From Spirochaetales bacterium (GTDB lineage Bacteria > Spirochaetota > Spirochaetia > CADAEX01), in the NCBI GenBank assembly GCA_024233785.1, contig JACKPD010000003.1:40190-104189 (forward strand): a stretch of DNA of 64,000 nucleotides. Direction: 5' to 3'. The notes under the pieces were generated by a model, which saw only the letters and a list, made by a program, of their open reading frames with translations, searched no databases and was not told the origin of the DNA. Position numbers and translations under genes: made by a program. Positions 38,015 through 48,854 of this stretch are shown in pieces; within the stretch, counting starts at the first letter, position 1; every line of letters starts with the position of its first letter.

Positions 38015-40987
38015 CTATTTTTGGAGATTTTTGACTTTTAGCATCAGGGTATCGACAGTAAAGTGGTTTTTATCAGGAGACGCGACAAGATATGCCTGTT
38101 TTCCTCTGTATCTTATTGGAAGAAATAATAAACTTTTAACTTTATCAACATCATTGGTTGAAAAAAGGTCCTTTAATTCAGCAATTTCCCTGATTCCTGT
38201 CTTAAAGAAAAGGACTTTTCTATCAGAAAGCAGTTCCCTGTATAACGGTCCTTTCTTTTTTATGTTCAGCAGACCAGGCAGATTCTTATCAAGCCCTACA
38301 ACTGTTTCAGGATAATAGGACGCTTCATCCTGAACAATGATTGCTCCGAAAAATGAGTCAATCTCGCGTGTTATCTTAAGAAGAAGACGCATTGCAGCAA
38401 CAGACTGGTCGCCTGAATAATCTTCATTAAGAAGATCAAAATTAAATCCGTCTTTTCTGTCAATTTTCTCATAACTTATTTTATTTTTTTTCTCAGTAAG
38501 TTCTTCACTGAAATCGGAGAACATTGGAAGATCTATGTTTCCAGAGAAAAAAACATCAGAGACAGCTGCATTGTCTTCTTCCCTTTCGACAACTTTATCA
38601 ATAAGCTGCTTTAATTCCCTGTTTTCCATCTCTGAACTGCCGCTGTATAAGTCCTGATTAATTTCCAAAACCCCGTCTTTATCAATTACTGCATTTTCAT
38701 CTCCATATAAATGGGCAAAAACACTTTCAATATTTTCAATATCAATTAAACCCTGTTTCTGGAGTGTTTCTATTTTATCAGTAAAGGAGAACGCATCAAT
38801 ATTTTCACGGCTATGGACGCTGATCTCCTCAAGCAATGCATTTTCAGCCAGACCTGTCATTTCTTCATATCTGTATTGCCTGATCCTGCTGTAGAAGGAA
38901 TCCGGCATATAATTCTGTTTGATATAATTTTCCTTATATTTGCCTTTTATATACTCTACGCTTCTAACCTCATCGCTTTCACCATTTTCAGCCGCTTCAA
39001 GTGGTTCCAGTTTTTCGTATTTTTCATCAATATTCAGGGGTTTTATATCTTCAACTGTTTCAAGCTCATCGAGTAATTCTATTCCCTGATCTGCTGAGGC
39101 TGCTATAAAGCTTTTGTTGACATCAGCAAACCTGATATTATCCTCAAGTTCTTCAAGCTCTTCAAGTTCGGCTGATTGCCCTGATTCAGCATTTTCAGTT
39201 TCTACCAGCTCTTCAAGTTCTTCAAGCTCTTCAAGCGTTTCTGTTTCAATATCTTCAGATTTTTCTTTCTTTTCAGAAGCTGAAATAATGTTTCTGAAAT
39301 TAACAAGTTTTTCAATATCTTTTTCATCTTCACCGTCTGTTATAGGTATCAGACTATTTTCAATTTCTGTTATGGTCTTCTGAACTTCATCAACACTTAT
39401 AATTTCTTCACCATAATCCTTATAAACAGATACTAATTCATTGAATTTTGAATTTTCATCAATTATCTTTCTGTCAGTCTTTATTTCTGTTTTTGAAATT
39501 TCTCCCGGTGCAGCAGTTTCAACCTCTTCAAGTTCATCAAGTTCATCAAGTTCTTCGAGGTCCGCATCCGCGACTGCCCCAGCTTCCGCCGGTGCTGCAG
39601 CTTCAACCTCTTCAAGTTCATCAAGTTCTTCGAGGTCCGCATCAGCGACCGTCCCAGCTTCCGCCGGTGCAGGTTTCATAGCAGTAAGTGTTTGCGGTTT
39701 AAGCCTTACATCTTTTTCGCTTGTAATAATCCGCCTGATAATTTCTTCAATATTTCCAATCTGCAGGTTGGCTACCTGGCCGGTACCTTTTAATTCCTGC
39801 TTTTTTTCAAGATGTCCTGCAAGAAGACTTATTATTTCATCCCAGCTCTTATCAATTAGTTCATTAACAGTTGTTTCTTTCTCGGTTCCCTTGATTCCCC
39901 TGAGCCCTTTCTTGAATTCTTTCCTGACCTCTTCCTTTCTGTTTTCAAGTTCTTTTTTCCATTTTTTCCATTCGATATCACTTTTATTTTCAAGGTATTC
40001 TATTAAAAAATTTATCTGAAATCTTTTTACCCTCTCGGCAATAATTGTTATTTTATCCTGCCGTAGATTCATTGCCAGAAAGAATATTATAAAAAAGATG
40101 GAAAAAGCGGAAACCAGTAGTATATATCTGTAAACTGTATTAATTTTAAATGATTCATCAGGTAAAACAAAACCTGCAAAACCGCTTTTCCATTCTGCGG
40201 AAATAACAGAAAAGCTGTTGCCGTCATCATCAGTATAAAGGGGATGAGGGTTTACAATCGCACTGCTTTTCCAGTATCTATCAAGCTCCTGTAATATTGC
40301 TGAATTATCATCAGTCATATTTACAACAATACCTGAATATCCAGCATATCTGATAACAGCGTTTTTCTCTAAAATATTACCGCTCGTGAGATATTTCCAT
40401 ATATCATTTTCACCAAGATACAAAAAAACATATCCCCGTTTAATTCCGAAATTATCATATATATCAGAAATAAACGCATTCTGATTTTTATCAGCCTGTA
40501 AGACAATTCCCTGTTTTTCAAAAACATCAAGCAATTCCCTGTAATTCGCTGCAGATGTTTCATCCGCCATTTTATAGGTTACTTTTCTGTCATCTGAAGC
40601 TCTTATATCTTCCTGGTTGCTGCTGTAGTGTATTTTACCGTCTTCATCAATTACCCTTATATAACTGAAATCAATATCGCGGTTAATTAATGAGGAAACA
40701 ATATTTTCACGCTTGAAGATATCTTCACGGCTCTGGTTTACAAGAAAACTGTTTTTAATTGAAATATCAGATGCGATGGAATCTGCAAGTTCCTGTTTTT
40801 CAGTTATATAGTTATTAATTCCGAGCAGTAATTTATCTATTTTCTGTTCTTTTTCTGAAATAATTTTCTGATTATAAAATTTTGATTCTATTATATTAAA
40901 CAGAGTTGAATAGGAAACAATTGTAAAAGCAGTAAACAAGAGTAATGTCAACGCAAAACTAACAGCAGCTTTTTTAATTATCTTCAT
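38015..40987 (-). CDS. large two-TM protein with periplasmic domain, acidic repeat-rich cytoplasmic linker and C-terminal GAF-like domain
   Basis: 990 aa. TM at residues about 8-30 and about 290-312. Long D/E/L-rich repeats. C-terminal 200 aa with a GAF-like pattern (low confidence). Confidence 0.45.
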   Translation of the reverse strand: MKIIKKAAVSFALTLLLFTAFTIVSYSTLFNIIESKFYNQKIISEKEQKIDKLLLGINNYITEKQELADSIASDISIKNSFLVNQSREDIFKRENIVSSLINRDIDFSYIRVIDEDGKIHYSSNQEDIRASDDRKVTYKMADETSAANYRELLDVFEKQGIVLQADKNQNAFISDIYDNFGIKRGYVFLYLGENDIWKYLTSGNILEKNAVIRYAGYSGIVVNMTDDNSAILQELDRYWKSSAIVNPHPLYTDDDGNSFSVISAEWKSGFAGFVLPDESFKINTVYRYILLVSAFSIFFIIFFLAMNLRQDKITIIAERVKRFQINFLIEYLENKSDIEWKKWKKELENRKEEVRKEFKKGLRGIKGTEKETTVNELIDKSWDEIISLLAGHLEKKQELKGTGQVANLQIGNIEEIIRRIITSEKDVRLKPQTLTAMKPAPAEAGTVADADLEELDELEEVEAAAPAEAGAVADADLEELDELDELEEVETAAPGEISKTEIKTDRKIIDENSKFNELVSVYKDYGEEIISVDEVQKTITEIENSLIPITDGEDEKDIEKLVNFRNIISASEKKEKSEDIETETLEELEELEELVETENAESGQSAELEELEELEDNIRFADVNKSFIAASADQGIELLDELETVEDIKPLNIDEKYEKLEPLEAAENGESDEVRSVEYIKGKYKENYIKQNYMPDSFYSRIRQYRYEEMTGLAENALLEEISVHSRENIDAFSFTDKIETLQKQGLIDIENIESVFAHLYGDENAVIDKDGVLEINQDLYSGSSEMENRELKQLIDKVVEREEDNAAVSDVFFSGNIDLPMFSDFSEELTEKKNKISYEKIDRKDGFNFDLLNEDYSGDQSVAAMRLLLKITREIDSFFGAIIVQDEASYYPETVVGLDKNLPGLLNIKKKGPLYRELLSDRKVLFFKTGIREIAELKDLFSTNDVDKVKSLLFLPIRYRGKQAYLVASPDKNHFTVDTLMLKVKNLQK
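39505..39672 (-). repeat. in-frame tandem repeat (about 75-84 nt units, 2.2 copies) encoding ADADLEELDELEEVEAAAPAEAG
   Basis: Near-identical units visible at 39506-39589 and 39590-39664, with a partial third unit. Confidence 0.8.
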
Positions 40988-41041
40988 TTATTAAATGACC
41001 CGTCTCCCCTGTTTATGAGTAATATACTATTAATTATCGAC

Positions 41042-41075
41042 AAAAAAAAGGAGAGGTAAAGACCTCCCCTTTTTA
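41042..41075 (-). terminator. intrinsic terminator downstream of rplQ (end of the alpha operon)
   Basis: aggagaggt / acctcccct stem with one mismatch. Flanked by A8 and T5, so U-tract on the minus strand. Confidence 0.7.
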
Positions 41076-41114
41076 ATTTAAATAATTATTTTTCTGTAAA
41101 AAAATGAAAATATA

Positions 41115-41690
41115 TCAGCTTTCCTTATTTTCTTCTTTAACTTCTTCTTTCTTTTCAGTTTTTACAGGTTTATCTTCATTTTTAGCGTCTTTTGATTCTG
41201 CCTTGACTGTTTTTGCTTTGGTTTTGGCAGTTTTTTCTGTCGCCTTTACTGCTTTATCCTCTGTTTTTGCTGTTTTTTCTTCAGTTTTGGCAGCAGCCTC
41301 TTTTTTCTTGCCTTTCTTTGTGCTTTCTTTTTCTTTCATTTCCACAAGTTCAAGAAAAACAACCTCGGCAGCATCTCCCATTCTTCTTCCAAGTTTCATA
41401 ATTCTGGTATATCCGCCTTTTCTTTCTATGAACCTTGGAGCAATGTCTGTAAAAAGTTTTGCGAGAACTGCTTTGTCAGTTATATCCTTTGCAACTATCC
41501 GCCTGTTGTGGACAGAATCAACTTTTGCTCTTGTTATCATTTTTTCCGCTTTTTTTCTGATCTCAAGAGCTTTGGCTTTTGTCGTTTTAATTCTTTCATA
41601 CTTAAAAACGGAAGTTACCATATTTCTAGTCATAGCTTTTCTGTGACTGCTTGTTCTGCTTAATTTATTAAAGCCAATTCTATGCTTCAT
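41115..41690 (-). CDS. rplQ: 50S ribosomal protein L17 with about 70 aa Lys/Glu/Ala-rich C-terminal extension
   Basis: Canonical L17 core (about 120 aa) followed by a [15 protein letters not shown]...-type tail. Confidence 0.9.
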   Translation of the reverse strand: MKHRIGFNKLSRTSSHRKAMTRNMVTSVFKYERIKTTKAKALEIRKKAEKMITRAKVDSVHNRRIVAKDITDKAVLAKLFTDIAPRFIERKGGYTRIMKLGRRMGDAAEVVFLELVEMKEKESTKKGKKKEAAAKTEEKTAKTEDKAVKATEKTAKTKAKTVKAESKDAKNEDKPVKTEKKEEVKEENKES

Positions 41691-42735
41691 CTTCGTTTTC
41701 CTTCTGATTAAGTGGAGTCACCTTGAACCGCAGACTGCTGTAATCAGTCATTCCCAGTTCAAGATCCCATTCTTTAAGCTTTTCTTTTATTTCCAAAAGA
41801 GATTTTTTCCCGAAATTTCTGGTTTTTGCTATATCATCTTCAGTTTTTGATGTAAGTTCGCCAATTGTTCTGATATTTGCATTTTTCAGGCAGTTGCTTG
41901 ATCTTACTGATAATTCAAGCTCATCTACCGGAGTGTCAAGAATCTTTCTGATCCTCTCTTCTTCCTCATCCACATCATCTTCGACACCGACAGTATCTTC
42001 ATCAAAATTAATGAAAATCGTAAAATGATCTTTAGCAACCTTGGCGGCTTCCGCAATGGCATCTTCCGGAGTTACAGTTCCATCTGTCCACACTTCAAGA
42101 ATAAGCTTGTCATAATCATTTCTATAGCCTACCCTGGTGTTTTCAATCGAATACATAACCCGTTTAATAGGTGAAAATATTGCATCAACAGGTATTGTCC
42201 CTATTATTTCAATATATTTTTCGTTTGTTTCTGCCGGTACATAACCTCTTCCAAGATCAATCTGGATTTCAATATCAACATTTGCGTCCTTCATCAGGGT
42301 AGCAATTTTAAGATCCTTATTTAAAATCTTAATCTGGGAATCTACTTCAAAATCCTTTCCGGTAATTTCACCGTCTTTCCTGTTCTCAAGCAATATTATT
42401 TTTTGTTCAAGATCATCCTCAAGCTTGATCTGCAGCTGCTTAAGATTATTTATTATCTCAGGTGTATCTTCGATAACCCCGGGAATTAGTTCAAACTCAC
42501 TGGAAATTATATGGGGATTACCGTCACTGTTGTAGCTTGTAAATTTTACAGCTGTTACAGCATAACCCTGCAGTGAAGAAAGTAGGATTCTTCTTAAAGT
42601 ATTACCGATTGTAGTACCAAAACCTCTTTCAAACGGATATGCAATAAATTTACCGTAATTTTGAGAACTCTCACTCTGTTCAAATGAGATACCCTTAGGC
42701 CTTTTAAATCCCTTCAAAAGGTTTTTTCTTGCCAT
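41680..42735 (-). CDS. rpoA: DNA-directed RNA polymerase subunit alpha
   Basis: Full-length alpha NTD/CTD pattern. Position between rpsD and rplQ. Confidence 0.95.
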   Translation of the reverse strand: MARKNLLKGFKRPKGISFEQSESSQNYGKFIAYPFERGFGTTIGNTLRRILLSSLQGYAVTAVKFTSYNSDGNPHIISSEFELIPGVIEDTPEIINNLKQLQIKLEDDLEQKIILLENRKDGEITGKDFEVDSQIKILNKDLKIATLMKDANVDIEIQIDLGRGYVPAETNEKYIEIIGTIPVDAIFSPIKRVMYSIENTRVGYRNDYDKLILEVWTDGTVTPEDAIAEAAKVAKDHFTIFINFDEDTVGVEDDVDEEEERIRKILDTPVDELELSVRSSNCLKNANIRTIGELTSKTEDDIAKTRNFGKKSLLEIKEKLKEWDLELGMTDYSSLRFKVTPLNQKENEDEA

Positions 42736-42739
42736 TTAT

Positions 42740-43375
42740 TTACCTCGAATATAGTTCGACTATTAACTGTTCATTAATTTCTGCAAGATCAGTTACTTCA
42801 CTTCTTAATGGAACAGCTTTTATTACACCTCTCATCTCATCAGGATTAACTTCCAGCCATGGCATTACGCCGGATTTTGTATATTCCTTCAGGCTTTCCT
42901 TTATTGAGATGGATTTCTTACTTTTTTCCTTTATTTCTATAACATCATTCTGTTTGACTATATAGGATGGTATATCAACACATTTACCATTTACAAGAAT
43001 ATGCCCATGATTAACAAGCTGCCTGGCCTGGTTTCTGGAATTGGAGAACCTCATTCTGTAAACAATATTGTCCAGTCTTGTTTCAAGAATTCTTATAAGG
43101 TTTTCACCTGTTTTTCCGTCTTTCCTTGAAGCCTCATTAAAAGTCAGCTTAAACTGTTTCTCGAGCATGCCGTATATTCTCTTCAATTTCTGTTTTTCGC
43201 GAAGCTGAAGACCATAATCCGACATTTTTCCAACCCTGGATTTAGCTGACTTTCCAGGCATACTTTTTTTCTGAGTTATTGCGCATTTTGAAGAATTGCA
43301 CCTCTCCCCTTTCAGAAAGAGTTTCTTTTTTTCAATTCTGCACAATCTGCATTTCGGTCCTAAATATCTTGCCAT
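42740..43375 (-). CDS. rpsD: 30S ribosomal protein S4
   Basis: N-terminal MARYLGPKCRLCR zinc-type motif and an S4 domain. Confidence 0.95.
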   Translation of the reverse strand: MARYLGPKCRLCRIEKKKLFLKGERCNSSKCAITQKKSMPGKSAKSRVGKMSDYGLQLREKQKLKRIYGMLEKQFKLTFNEASRKDGKTGENLIRILETRLDNIVYRMRFSNSRNQARQLVNHGHILVNGKCVDIPSYIVKQNDVIEIKEKSKKSISIKESLKEYTKSGVMPWLEVNPDEMRGVIKAVPLRSEVTDLAEINEQLIVELYSR

Positions 43376-43393
43376 TTAATATGTACCTCGTCC

Positions 43394-43774
43394 TTAAACT
43401 CTTCTTGTTTTCTTTGGTCTGCAGCCATTGTGAGGAATTGGGGTAATATCTTTAATGCTTAAAACCCTTACACCAAGTACTCCAATAGATCTTATCGCCG
43501 ACTCTCTACCCACACCAGGCCCTTTGACATATACATTTACTTCTCTAAGCCCTAAGTCCATAGCTTTCTTCACAGCAGCTTCAGCTGTAGTCTGTGCAGC
43601 ATAGGGTGTTGATTTTTTTGCTCCCTTGAAAGAAAGCCCTCCGGCGCTGGCCCATGAAAGGGCATTGCCGTTAAGATCAGTAATTGTAATAATAGTATTG
43701 TTAAAAGTAGCCTGTATGTAAACATTACCACTGAAAACATTCTTTTTTTCTTTTTTCTTTTTCAGATTAGCCAA
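43394..43774 (-). CDS. rpsK: 30S ribosomal protein S11
   Basis: Conserved S11 sequence. Confidence 0.95.
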   Translation of the reverse strand: MANLKKKKEKKNVFSGNVYIQATFNNTIITITDLNGNALSWASAGGLSFKGAKKSTPYAAQTTAEAAVKKAMDLGLREVNVYVKGPGVGRESAIRSIGVLGVRVLSIKDITPIPHNGCRPKKTRRV

Positions 43775-43789
43775 TTATAACCTCCAGCA

Positions 43790-44155
43790 TCACTTCTTCT
43801 TACCAGCTACAGTCTTCTTCTTACCTTTTCTGGTTCTTGCGTTTGTTTTTGTTCTCTGTCCCCGTACAGGCAGCCCTTTTCTGTGTCTTAAACCCCTGTA
43901 ACTTCCGATATCCATAAGTCTCTTTATGTTAAGGGAAACTTCTGTTCTGAGCCTTCCTTCAACCTTATAGTCACTTTCAATTTCTTTTCTAAGGTTATTG
44001 ACTTCATCAGCAGAAAGATCATTGATCTTTTTATCAGGATCAAGACCAGTTTCGCTGCAAATTTTTACCGCTGATGTCCTGCCAATTCCATAGATATATG
44101 TAAGAGCGATTTTCACACTCTTGTTTGGCAGGTCTATACCCGCAATTCTTGCCAT
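43790..44155 (-). CDS. rpsM: 30S ribosomal protein S13
   Basis: [11 protein letters not shown]-terminus and Arg/Lys-rich C-terminus. Confidence 0.95.
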   Translation of the reverse strand: MARIAGIDLPNKSVKIALTYIYGIGRTSAVKICSETGLDPDKKINDLSADEVNNLRKEIESDYKVEGRLRTEVSLNIKRLMDIGSYRGLRHRKGLPVRGQRTKTNARTRKGKKKTVAGKKK

Positions 44156-44168
44156 TTAGTTGTTCCCC

Positions 44169-44282
44169 CTACCTTTGCCTCTGCTTATGTTTAGGGTTTT
44201 GACAAATTATTCTCAAGACCCCTCTTCTTCTTATAACTTTACATTTTTCACACATAGGTTTAATACTTGACCGTACTTTCAT
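44169..44282 (-). CDS. rpmJ: 50S ribosomal protein L36 (not in ORF track, 37 aa)
   Basis: Minus-strand translation [37 protein letters not shown] with the C-x2-C-x12-C-x4-H zinc ribbon. ATG at 44280-44282, TAG at 44169-44171. Confidence 0.9.
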   Translation of the reverse strand: MKVRSSIKPMCEKCKVIRRRGVLRIICQNPKHKQRQR

Positions 44283-44293
44283 TATGAATTCTC

Positions 44294-45616
44294 CTACAGA
44301 TTCCTTGATCGTATTTTGCCCTTCCTGACAATGCCGTCATGATGGTGCATTTTCAGGTGCCCCTCAATCTGTGACATCGTATCAAGGTCTACTCCAACCA
44401 TAATCAGAAGAGACGTTCCTCCCATCAGCATTGACACCTGAATCGGAAATCCAAACATTTTCTGAATGATTGTTGGTATAACAGCAATAAAAGCAAGAAA
44501 CATCGAACCGGGCAGAATAATCCTGTTCAATATTCTTGACAGATAAGCTTCAATTTTTTCGGTTCTTATACCCGGAATCGAACCTCCATTTTCTCTAATC
44601 TGCTTCGCAATCTCAACAGGATTCAGGGAAACCTGGGTATAAAAATATGCAAAGAAAATTATAAGAAGCGCGTATGTTATCAAATACGGCGCGCCTGAAG
44701 GCCTGAACCAGTAAGACATTGATGCCATCCATCTGTATTTTACTCCAAGATTACCGAAGAGCTGGAGCGGGAATGCCATAACAGATGATGCGAAGATAAC
44801 CGGTATTACACCTGAAGGGTTAATCTTAAACGGTATGTATGTATTTTGAGCTCCATACATTTTTCTTCCGACTACTCTTTTAGCATAGTGAACCGGTATC
44901 TTTCTCTGTCCCTGCTGTTCATAAATTACAAGTGCAATAATCCCTACAAACATTGCAAGAACTATTATAACAAACACCGGATTAAGCTCCCTGTCTCTTA
45001 TTTTCTGGACAAGGATATAAAATGCCTGAGGCATCCTGGCAACAATACCGGCAAAAATAATCAGCGATATTCCGTTGCCTATTCCCCTCTGCGTAACCTG
45101 TTCACCAAGCCACATAAGGAGAATGGTTCCTGTTGTCACAGTTATCATTGCTATAATTGAATATGCCAATAAATTGATAGAAATGGCATCAGGAATATTA
45201 CGGGCATAAATTGTAACAGCGTACGACTGAATCAGACATACAGCTACAGTTCCATATCTTGTATACCGCTGTATTTTTTTTCTGCCGCCTTCCTGTTCTG
45301 AAATCTTCTTGAGTTTAGGAAAAACAAGGAGGAGAAGCTGCATTATAATTGACATTGATATATAAGGCATTATTCCAAGCATAAATACAGAGAAATTGGA
45401 AAAACCGCCCCCTGTAAAAAAGTCAATATAATCGGTTATACCAAGCGGGCTGGCACTATCCTGCGCAGAAAAATAAAGCTTAAGAGCATTAATATTTATT
45501 CCCGGAATAGGCAGAATCGTTCCGATTCTGAACACTACAAGAACAACTATTGTAAATATTATCCTCTCTCTTAGATCTTTTATCCTGAATACATCAATTA
45601 GCGGATTACCTGCCAT
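44294..45616 (-). CDS. secY: preprotein translocase subunit SecY
   Basis: 10-TM SecY pattern. 440 aa. Confidence 0.95.
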   Translation of the reverse strand: MAGNPLIDVFRIKDLRERIIFTIVVLVVFRIGTILPIPGININALKLYFSAQDSASPLGITDYIDFFTGGGFSNFSVFMLGIMPYISMSIIMQLLLLVFPKLKKISEQEGGRKKIQRYTRYGTVAVCLIQSYAVTIYARNIPDAISINLLAYSIIAMITVTTGTILLMWLGEQVTQRGIGNGISLIIFAGIVARMPQAFYILVQKIRDRELNPVFVIIVLAMFVGIIALVIYEQQGQRKIPVHYAKRVVGRKMYGAQNTYIPFKINPSGVIPVIFASSVMAFPLQLFGNLGVKYRWMASMSYWFRPSGAPYLITYALLIIFFAYFYTQVSLNPVEIAKQIRENGGSIPGIRTEKIEAYLSRILNRIILPGSMFLAFIAVIPTIIQKMFGFPIQVSMLMGGTSLLIMVGVDLDTMSQIEGHLKMHHHDGIVRKGKIRSRNL

Positions 45617-45621
45617 ACTGC

Positions 45622-46086
45622 CTACCTGCTCTCTTGAATTTCAGCTGCAATTATCTTGCCGCCGGCTTTTTCTATTTTTTCTTTTGCGCTGGCAGAAATA
45701 AAAGGCAGTTGAACATCCAGTTTTTTTGACAATTCTCCGTCACCGAGAAGTTTTACAAAAAAATCATTTTTCTTTATTATAGATTTTTCTTTAAGGGAAG
45801 CAAGGTCTACCTGTTCACCGCTATTATAAGATGTTTCCAGATTAGAAATATTAATCACTATTTTGGCTTTTTTGAAAGGGTAATTGGAAAAACCTCTTGA
45901 TGCAACTCTTCTATAAATAGGCATCTGACCGCCTTCAAAGCCCGGTCTTACACCACCGCCTGATCTCGAGTTCTGACCTTTATGCCCTTTTCCCGAAGTC
46001 TTTCCAAGACCTGAGCCGACACCGCGTCCAATCCGCTTCCTGGTTTTATTAGCGCCTAATGGCGCATTCAAGATTATATCATCCAT
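45622..46086 (-). CDS. rplO: 50S ribosomal protein L15
   Basis: Gly/Arg-rich L15 N-terminus. Confidence 0.93.
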   Translation of the reverse strand: MDDIILNAPLGANKTRKRIGRGVGSGLGKTSGKGHKGQNSRSGGGVRPGFEGGQMPIYRRVASRGFSNYPFKKAKIVINISNLETSYNSGEQVDLASLKEKSIIKKNDFFVKLLGDGELSKKLDVQLPFISASAKEKIEKAGGKIIAAEIQESR

Positions 46087-46088
46087 AG

Positions 46089-46274
46089 TTATTTTATCTC
46101 CTCAACTTCAACCAGATGCTCTATGGCTCTGACCATTCCCAATATGGCAGGATTTACTTCTTTCTCTACAATTGAATTAATCTTTCCAAGCCCAAGGGCT
46201 TTGGCGGTTTTTCTCTGATACGGTTTCCTTCCGATTGTGCTTCTTACAAGCCTTATTTTAATTTTTTCAGCCAT
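46089..46274 (-). CDS. rpmD: 50S ribosomal protein L30
   Basis: 61 aa L30 pattern. Confidence 0.9.
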   Translation of the reverse strand: MAEKIKIRLVRSTIGRKPYQRKTAKALGLGKINSIVEKEVNPAILGMVRAIEHLVEVEEIK

Positions 46275-46278
46275 ATCA

Positions 46279-46767
46279 TCAACCCCACATATCTTTAATT
46301 GTCTTGCCTCTGTCTGTTGCTACTTTTTTAGCATCCATAATCTGCTCAAGGCCGTTAAAAATCGCTTTTACAATATTTATGCTGTTTTTTGATCCCAGAG
46401 ATTTACTCAATATATCGTGTATCCCTACAGCATCCATGACAGCTCTTACAGCACCACCCGCAATTACTCCTGTACCTGGAGCTGCAGGTTTCATAACAAT
46501 TCTGGCGCTTTTGAATTCCGCTAAAACTTCATGTGGAATAGAGTTGTTTTTCAACGGAACCTTTATCATGTTCCCTTTTGCTTTATCCATCCCTTTTCTT
46601 ATAGCTTCAGACACGTCATTGGCTTTACCAAAACCATATCCTACTGTCCCTTTTTGATCGCCGACAACAACCAGTGCTGAAAAGGAAAACCTTCTACCGC
46701 CTTTAACAACTTTTGCAACCCTATTAAGTTTTATAAGTTTTTCAACTAACACTTTATCTTGATCCAC
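46279..46767 (-). CDS. rpsE: 30S ribosomal protein S5
   Basis: Conserved S5 dsRBD-like region. Confidence 0.95.
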   Translation of the reverse strand: MDQDKVLVEKLIKLNRVAKVVKGGRRFSFSALVVVGDQKGTVGYGFGKANDVSEAIRKGMDKAKGNMIKVPLKNNSIPHEVLAEFKSARIVMKPAAPGTGVIAGGAVRAVMDAVGIHDILSKSLGSKNSINIVKAIFNGLEQIMDAKKVATDRGKTIKDMWG

Positions 46768-46776
46768 TGCTTCCCC

Positions 46777-47136
46777 CTAAAATAACAGGCCGGCTTTTCT
46801 GGCGCTGTCAGCTAAAGCTTTAACCTTTCCATGGAAAATATATCCATTTCTGTCAAATACGACTGTTTTGATGTTTTTTTCATTCAGTCTCTTTGCAATA
46901 ACTTCCCCAAGTTTTCCAGCACCTTCAATATTTGATTTTATACCTACAAACTCTTTTTCTTTATTAGATACAGAAGCAATAGTTTGTCCCGTAAGATCAT
47001 CAACTGCCTGAACATAGATATATAAATTACTTTTATAAACAGTAAGTCTCGGTCTTTCCGGGGTTCCGGATATTTTTCCGCGGATGCTTCTTTTTCGTCT
47101 TATTCTTCTTTTCTGCATTTCTATCAATTTCTTCAT
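46777..47136 (-). CDS. rplR: 50S ribosomal protein L18
   Basis: L18 pattern and position. Confidence 0.93.
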   Translation of the reverse strand: MKKLIEMQKRRIRRKRSIRGKISGTPERPRLTVYKSNLYIYVQAVDDLTGQTIASVSNKEKEFVGIKSNIEGAGKLGEVIAKRLNEKNIKTVVFDRNGYIFHGKVKALADSARKAGLLF

Positions 47137-47147
47137 ATCACCCTATC

Positions 47148-47687
47148 CTATTTAGAACCTGATTTACCGACTTTTCTTCTAACCGTTTCATTATCATACT
47201 TGATACCTTTACCCTTGTAAGGTTCCGGTTTTCTCAACGATCTGATTTCGGCGCAAGTCTGACCAACTTTTTCCTTATCTATTCCTGATACAATTATTTT
47301 TGTAGGGCCTTCACAGGTTATTGAGAGTCCTTCCGGAATTGGATATTCAAACTGTGATGAATACCCAAGATTAAGTAAAAGTGACTTACCCGCAATTTCT
47401 GCCCTGTATCCTACTCCGCTTACGATAAGAGTTTTGCTGAAGCCTTCAGTGACGCCTGTTACCATATTGTTTATAAGAGTCCTGTAAAGACCATGATAAG
47501 ATCTGGCCAGCTTAGTATTTTCGTTCTTATCTACAATTATCGTACTTCCATCCTGAACTATGTTTACTTCAGGTCTGTAAGTTCTGGATAATTTTCCTTT
47601 TTTTCCTTCAACTGTCACTACATAGTTATCAATAGTTACTTTAACTCCCTGCGGAACAGTTACCGGCATTTTTCCTATACGAGACAT
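47148..47687 (-). CDS. rplF: 50S ribosomal protein L6
   Basis: MSRIGKMPV N-terminus. Confidence 0.95.
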   Translation of the reverse strand: MSRIGKMPVTVPQGVKVTIDNYVVTVEGKKGKLSRTYRPEVNIVQDGSTIIVDKNENTKLARSYHGLYRTLINNMVTGVTEGFSKTLIVSGVGYRAEIAGKSLLLNLGYSSQFEYPIPEGLSITCEGPTKIIVSGIDKEKVGQTCAEIRSLRKPEPYKGKGIKYDNETVRRKVGKSGSK

Positions 47688-47699
47688 CTTTCTACTCCC

Positions 47700-48098
47700 T
47701 TACCAAATTGAACAAATAAGTTCGCCGCCGATTTTTTTCTCAGTAGCTTTTTTACCGGTTGTAACACCTGAAGATGTTGATACAACTATTGTTCCATATC
47801 CGTTTCTCACTCTCGGCATTTCTTTATAACCGGAATAGATTCTCCTTCCAGGAGTGGATATTTTTTCAATACCATGAATTATCGGTTTTTCAGATTCATC
47901 ATATTTAAGAAACAATCTGATATAATTTTTGCCGTCCTGCTGGATCTTTTTAAAATTCTTGATAAAACCTTCGTTTTTCAATACTTTAACGATTTCCAGC
48001 TTAAGTTTTGAAGGAGTTATATCAACTCTGTCAAAACCTGCCCGACTGGCATTCCTAATTTTTGTCAGCATATCTGCAACAGGATCTGATACTGCCAT
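47700..48098 (-). CDS. rpsH: 30S ribosomal protein S8
   Basis: [13 protein letters not shown]-type N-terminus. Confidence 0.95.
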   Translation of the reverse strand: MAVSDPVADMLTKIRNASRAGFDRVDITPSKLKLEIVKVLKNEGFIKNFKKIQQDGKNYIRLFLKYDESEKPIIHGIEKISTPGRRIYSGYKEMPRVRNGYGTIVVSTSSGVTTGKKATEKKIGGELICSIW

Positions 48099-48108
48099 TT
48101 ATTTCTCC

Positions 48109-48294
48109 CTACCAACTCGATTTTGTTACTCCAGGTATCAATCCCTGGCTTGCAAGTTCTCTAAAACAAATTCTGCACATCTGAAAATCCCTTAAATATC
48201 CCCTGGGTCTTCCGCAGATCTTACATCTGTTTACCCTTCTTGTCTTAAACTTGGGTTTCCTTTGTGCTTTGATAATCATCGATTTTTTAGCCAT
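48109..48294 (-). CDS. rpsZ: 30S ribosomal protein S14 type Z (zinc-binding short form)
   Basis: 61 aa with CxxC...CxxC motif. Confidence 0.92.
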   Translation of the reverse strand: MAKKSMIIKAQRKPKFKTRRVNRCKICGRPRGYLRDFQMCRICFRELASQGLIPGVTKSSW

Positions 48295-48305
48295 TTATTG
48301 CACCC

Positions 48306-48854
48306 CTATTTCCTGAACGGCATTCCTAATTTTTTTAACAAACTTCTTGCTTCCTGATCACTTTTTGACGAAGTAACAATCGCAATATTAAGCCCGCTAA
48401 CTCTTTCAATTTTATCATAATCTATCTCAGGAAATATTATCTGTTCCTTTATACCGATAGAGTAATTACCATGACCGTCAAAGGCATTGGGGTTAACCCC
48501 CCTGAAGTCTTTTACACGGGGAAGAGCAACATTGATAAACCTTTCAAGAAATTCCCACATTTGATTTTTTCGCAGTGTTACTTTAGCGCCGATCTCATAA
48601 CCTTCTCTAAGTTTGAAATTAGCGATAGATTTTCTTGCTTTTGTCTTTATGGCTTTCTGCCCGGTTATAAGAGAAAGCTCCTGTAATGCAGCTTCAAGAA
48701 GTTTTTTATTTGTCAATGCTTCTCCGCACCCTACACTTACAATTACTTTTTCCAGCCTGGGAACCTGCATGATTGACTTATAACCGAATTCATCAAATAA
48801 TTCTTTTTTGATTTCGCTATATCTGGTTTTAAGATTTGGCTCTTTCTTACTCAT
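48306..48854 (-). CDS. rplE: 50S ribosomal protein L5
   Basis: Start trimmed to ATG (MSKKEP...), which overlaps the rplX TAA stop (taATG). Confidence 0.93.
   Translation of the reverse strand: MSKKEPNLKTRYSEIKKELFDEFGYKSIMQVPRLEKVIVSVGCGEALTNKKLLEAALQELSLITGQKAIKTKARKSIANFKLREGYEIGAKVTLRKNQMWEFLERFINVALPRVKDFRGVNPNAFDGHGNYSIGIKEQIIFPEIDYDKIERVSGLNIAIVTSSKSDQEARSLLKKLGMPFRK

Noticed and set aside
39114-40019. Ser-rich 89 and 192 aa plus-strand ORFs
   Set aside because: Antisense of the acidic GAG/GAA repeat region in the 990 aa gene.
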